Position numbers and translations under genes: made by a program. DNA of 64,000 bases from Phaeosaccion multiseriatum (taxonomy: Eukaryota; Protista; Ochrophyta, other classes). The stretch lies in NCBI GenBank assembly GCA_965112735.1, contig OZ218962.1:1550001-1614000 (forward strand), in the 5' to 3' direction. The notes beneath the pieces are model-generated. The model was given only the letters and a program-made list of their open reading frames with translations. It had not been told where the DNA came from and made no database searches. Below, one piece after another: positions 61,381 to 64,000 of the stretch (its first letter is position 1; each line of letters begins with the position of its first letter).

Positions 61381-64000
61381 GCTGAGCCAATGCCCAGTGC
61401 GGTCCTGTTGTGGCCAGCAAGCGCGTGGTTCAGGCTGTGTGTGCCGGCTTTGGGCCCTTTTGAGCCCAACAAAGGGCCATTTGAGCAGATCGGAGACCCC
61501 ACTTGGCATCGTTGAGGCAATGCAGTATTCTCACTGGCTCTGTTGTAATGGGCCAATGCCCAGTGCGGTCCTGTTGTGGCCAGCAAGCGCGTGGTTCAGG
61601 CTGTGTGTGCCCACCAAGGCCTTGCTTGGGCCCTTTTGAGCCCAACAAAGGGCCATTTGAGCAGATCGGAGACCCCACTTGGCATCGTTGAGGCAATGCA
61701 GTATTTCCACTGGCTCTGTTGTAGTGAGCCAATGCCCAGTGCGGTCCTGTTGTGGCCAGCAAGCGCGTGGTTCAGGCTGTGTGTGCCCACCAAGGCCTTG
61801 CTTGGGCCCTTTTGAGCCCAACAAAGGGCCATTTGAGCAGATCGGAGACCCCACTTGGCATCGTTGAGGCAATGCAGTATTCTCACTGGCTCTGTTGTAG
61901 TGGGCCAATGCCCAGTGCGGTCCTGTTGTGGCCAGCAAGCGCGTGGTTCAGGCTGTGTGTGCCGGCCTTGGGCCCTTTTGAGCCCAACAAAGGGCCATTT
62001 GAGCAGATCGGAGACCCCACTTGACATCGTTGAGGCAATGCAGTATTTTCACTGGCTCTGTTGTAGTGAGCAAATGCCCAGTGCGGTCCTGTTGTGGCCA
62101 GCAAGCGCGTGGTTCAGGCTATGTGTGCCCACCAAGGCCGGCCTTGGGCCCTTTTGAGCCCAACAAAGGGCCATTTGAGCAGATCGGAGACCCCACTTGA
62201 CATCGTTGAGGCAATGCAGTATTCTCACTGGCTCTGTTGTAGTGAGCCAATGCCCAGTGCGGTCCTGTTGTGGCCAGCAAGCGCGTGGTTCAGGCTGTGT
62301 GTGCCCACCAAGGCCTTGCTTGGGCCCTCTTGAGCCCAACAAAGGGCCATTTGAGCAGATCGGAGACCCCACTTGGCATCGTTGAGGCAATGCAGTATTC
62401 TCACTGGCTCTGTTGTAGTGAGCCAATGCCCAGTGCGGTCCTGTTGTGGCCAGCAAGCGCGTGGTTCAGGCTGTGTGTGCCGGCCTTGGGCCCTTTCGAG
62501 CCCAACAAAGGGCCATTTGAGCAGATCGGAGACCCCACTTGACATCGTTGAGGCAATGCAGTATTCTCACTGGCTCTGTTGTAGTGAGCCAATGCCCAGT
62601 GCGGTCCTGTTGTGGCCAGCAAGCGCGTGGTTCAGGCTGTGTGTGCCCACCAAGGCTTTGCTTGGGCCCTTTTGAGCCCAACAAAGGGCCATTTGAGCCG
62701 ATCGGAGACCCCACTTGGCATCGTTGAGGCAATGCAGTATTCTCACTGGCTCTGTTGTAGTGAGCCAATGCCCAGTGCGGTCCTGTTGTGGCCAGCAAGC
62801 GCGTGGTTCAGGCTGTGTGTGCCCACCAAGGCCTTGCTTGGGCCCTTTTGAGCCCAACAAAGGGCCATTTGAGCCGATCGGAGACCCCACTTGGCATCGT
62901 TGAGGCAATGCAGTATTCTCACTGGCTCTGTTGTAGTGAGCCAATGCCCAGTGCGGTCCTGTTGTGGCCAGCAAGCGCGTGGTTCAGGCTGTGTGTGCCC
63001 ACCAAGGCTTTGCTTGGGCCCTTTTTAGCCCAACAAAGGGCCATTTGAGCCGATCGGAGACCCCACTTGGCATCGTTGAGGCAATGCAGTATTCTCACTG
63101 GCTCTGTTGTAGTGAGCCAATGCCCAGTGCGGTCCTGTTGTGGCCAGCAAGCGCGTGGTTCAGGCTGTGTGTGCGCACCAAGGCCTTGCTTGGGCCCTTT
63201 TGAGCCCAACAAAGGGCCATTTGAGCAGATCGGAGACCCCACTTGGCATCGTTGAGGCAATGCAGTATTTCCACTGGCTCTGTTGTAGTGAGCCAATGCC
63301 CAGTGCGGTCCTGTTGTGGCCAGCAAGCGCGTGGTTCAGGCTGTGTGTGCCCACCAAGGCCTTGCTTGGGCCCTTTTGAGCCCAACAAAGGGCCATTTGA
63401 GCCGATCGGAGACCCCACTTGGCATCGTTGAGGCAATGCAGTATTCTCACTGGCTCTGTTGTAGTGAGCCAATGCCCAGTGCGGTCCTGTTGTGGCCAGC
63501 AAGCGCGTGGTTCAGGCTGTGTGTGCCGGCCTTGGGCCCTTTCGAGCCCAACAAAGGGCCATTTGAGCCGATCGGAGACCCCACTTGACATCGTTGAGGC
63601 AATGCAGTATTCTCACTGGCTCTGTTGTAGTGAGCCAATGCCCAGTGCGGTCCTGTTGTGGCCAGCAAGCGCGTGGTTCAGGCTGTGTGTGCCCACCAAG
63701 GCTTTGCTCGGGCCCTTTTGAGCCCAACAAAGGGCCATTTGAGCCGATCGGAGACCCCACTTGGCATCGTTGAGGCAATGCAGTATTCTCACTGGCTCTG
63801 TTGTAGTGGGCCAATGCCCAGTGCGGTCCTGTTGTGGCCAGCAAGCGCGTGGTTCAGGCTGTGTGTGCCCACCAAGGCCTTGCTTGGGCCCTTTTGAGCC
63901 CAACAAAGGGCCATTTGAGCCGATCGGAGACCCCACTTGGCATCGTTGAGGCAATGCAGTATTCTCACTGGCTCTGTTGTAGTGAGCAAATGCCCAGTGC
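61381..64000 (+). repeat. Tandem satellite array of 176/166-bp monomers (15 complete units), continuing beyond the window
   Basis: The anchor GC(C/A)AATGCCCAGTGC recurs at 61386, 61552, 61728, 61904, 62070, 62246, 62422, 62588, 62764, 62940, 63116, 63292, 63468, 63634, 63810 and 63986. Confidence 0.98.

Noticed and set aside
61381-64000. CRISPR-like array, or protein-coding repeat ORFs
   Set aside because: Units are near-identical along their full length with no unique spacers and no cas genes. The unit lengths 176 and 166 are not multiples of three, so the ORFs are artefacts.

Overview
Eukaryotic nuclear DNA, GC-rich with many short GT-AG introns. It is most likely from a photosynthetic stramenopile (ochrophyte): several proteins carry signal peptide + 'AF/SF' bipartite plastid-targeting presequences, and there is a mitochondrial-type FtsZ. 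Layout: a decayed non-LTR retrotransposon (1-1.9 kb, minus); a ~20 kb multi-exon gene for a giant Ig-like/ASH-repeat protein head-to-head with TRAPPC6; a DUF2358-like gene; a repeat-rich island (26.3-29.4 kb) holding a TIR-bounded element built around a (GGGA)n core; then a compact gene run (pyruvate kinase, a MITE, leuC, ERO1, prephenate/aspartate aminotransferase, TACC-like coiled coil, class II PRPP synthase, ankyrin-HDAC, LRR protein, TEH-motif MAPK, FtsZ). From ~52.6 kb the window is repeat-dominated: diverged satellite monomers, two head-to-tail restriction-like-endonuclease (RLE, CRE-like) retrotransposons, and a 176/166-bp satellite array with 3-mer higher-order structure running off the end. 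The best candidate for an undescribed system is the retrotransposon pair. It sits inside a C-x4-C...C-x2-HG zinc-finger coding repeat, and its 3' end mimics the target sequence. All assignments come from motif recognition by eye without database searches. Exon boundaries are approximate.
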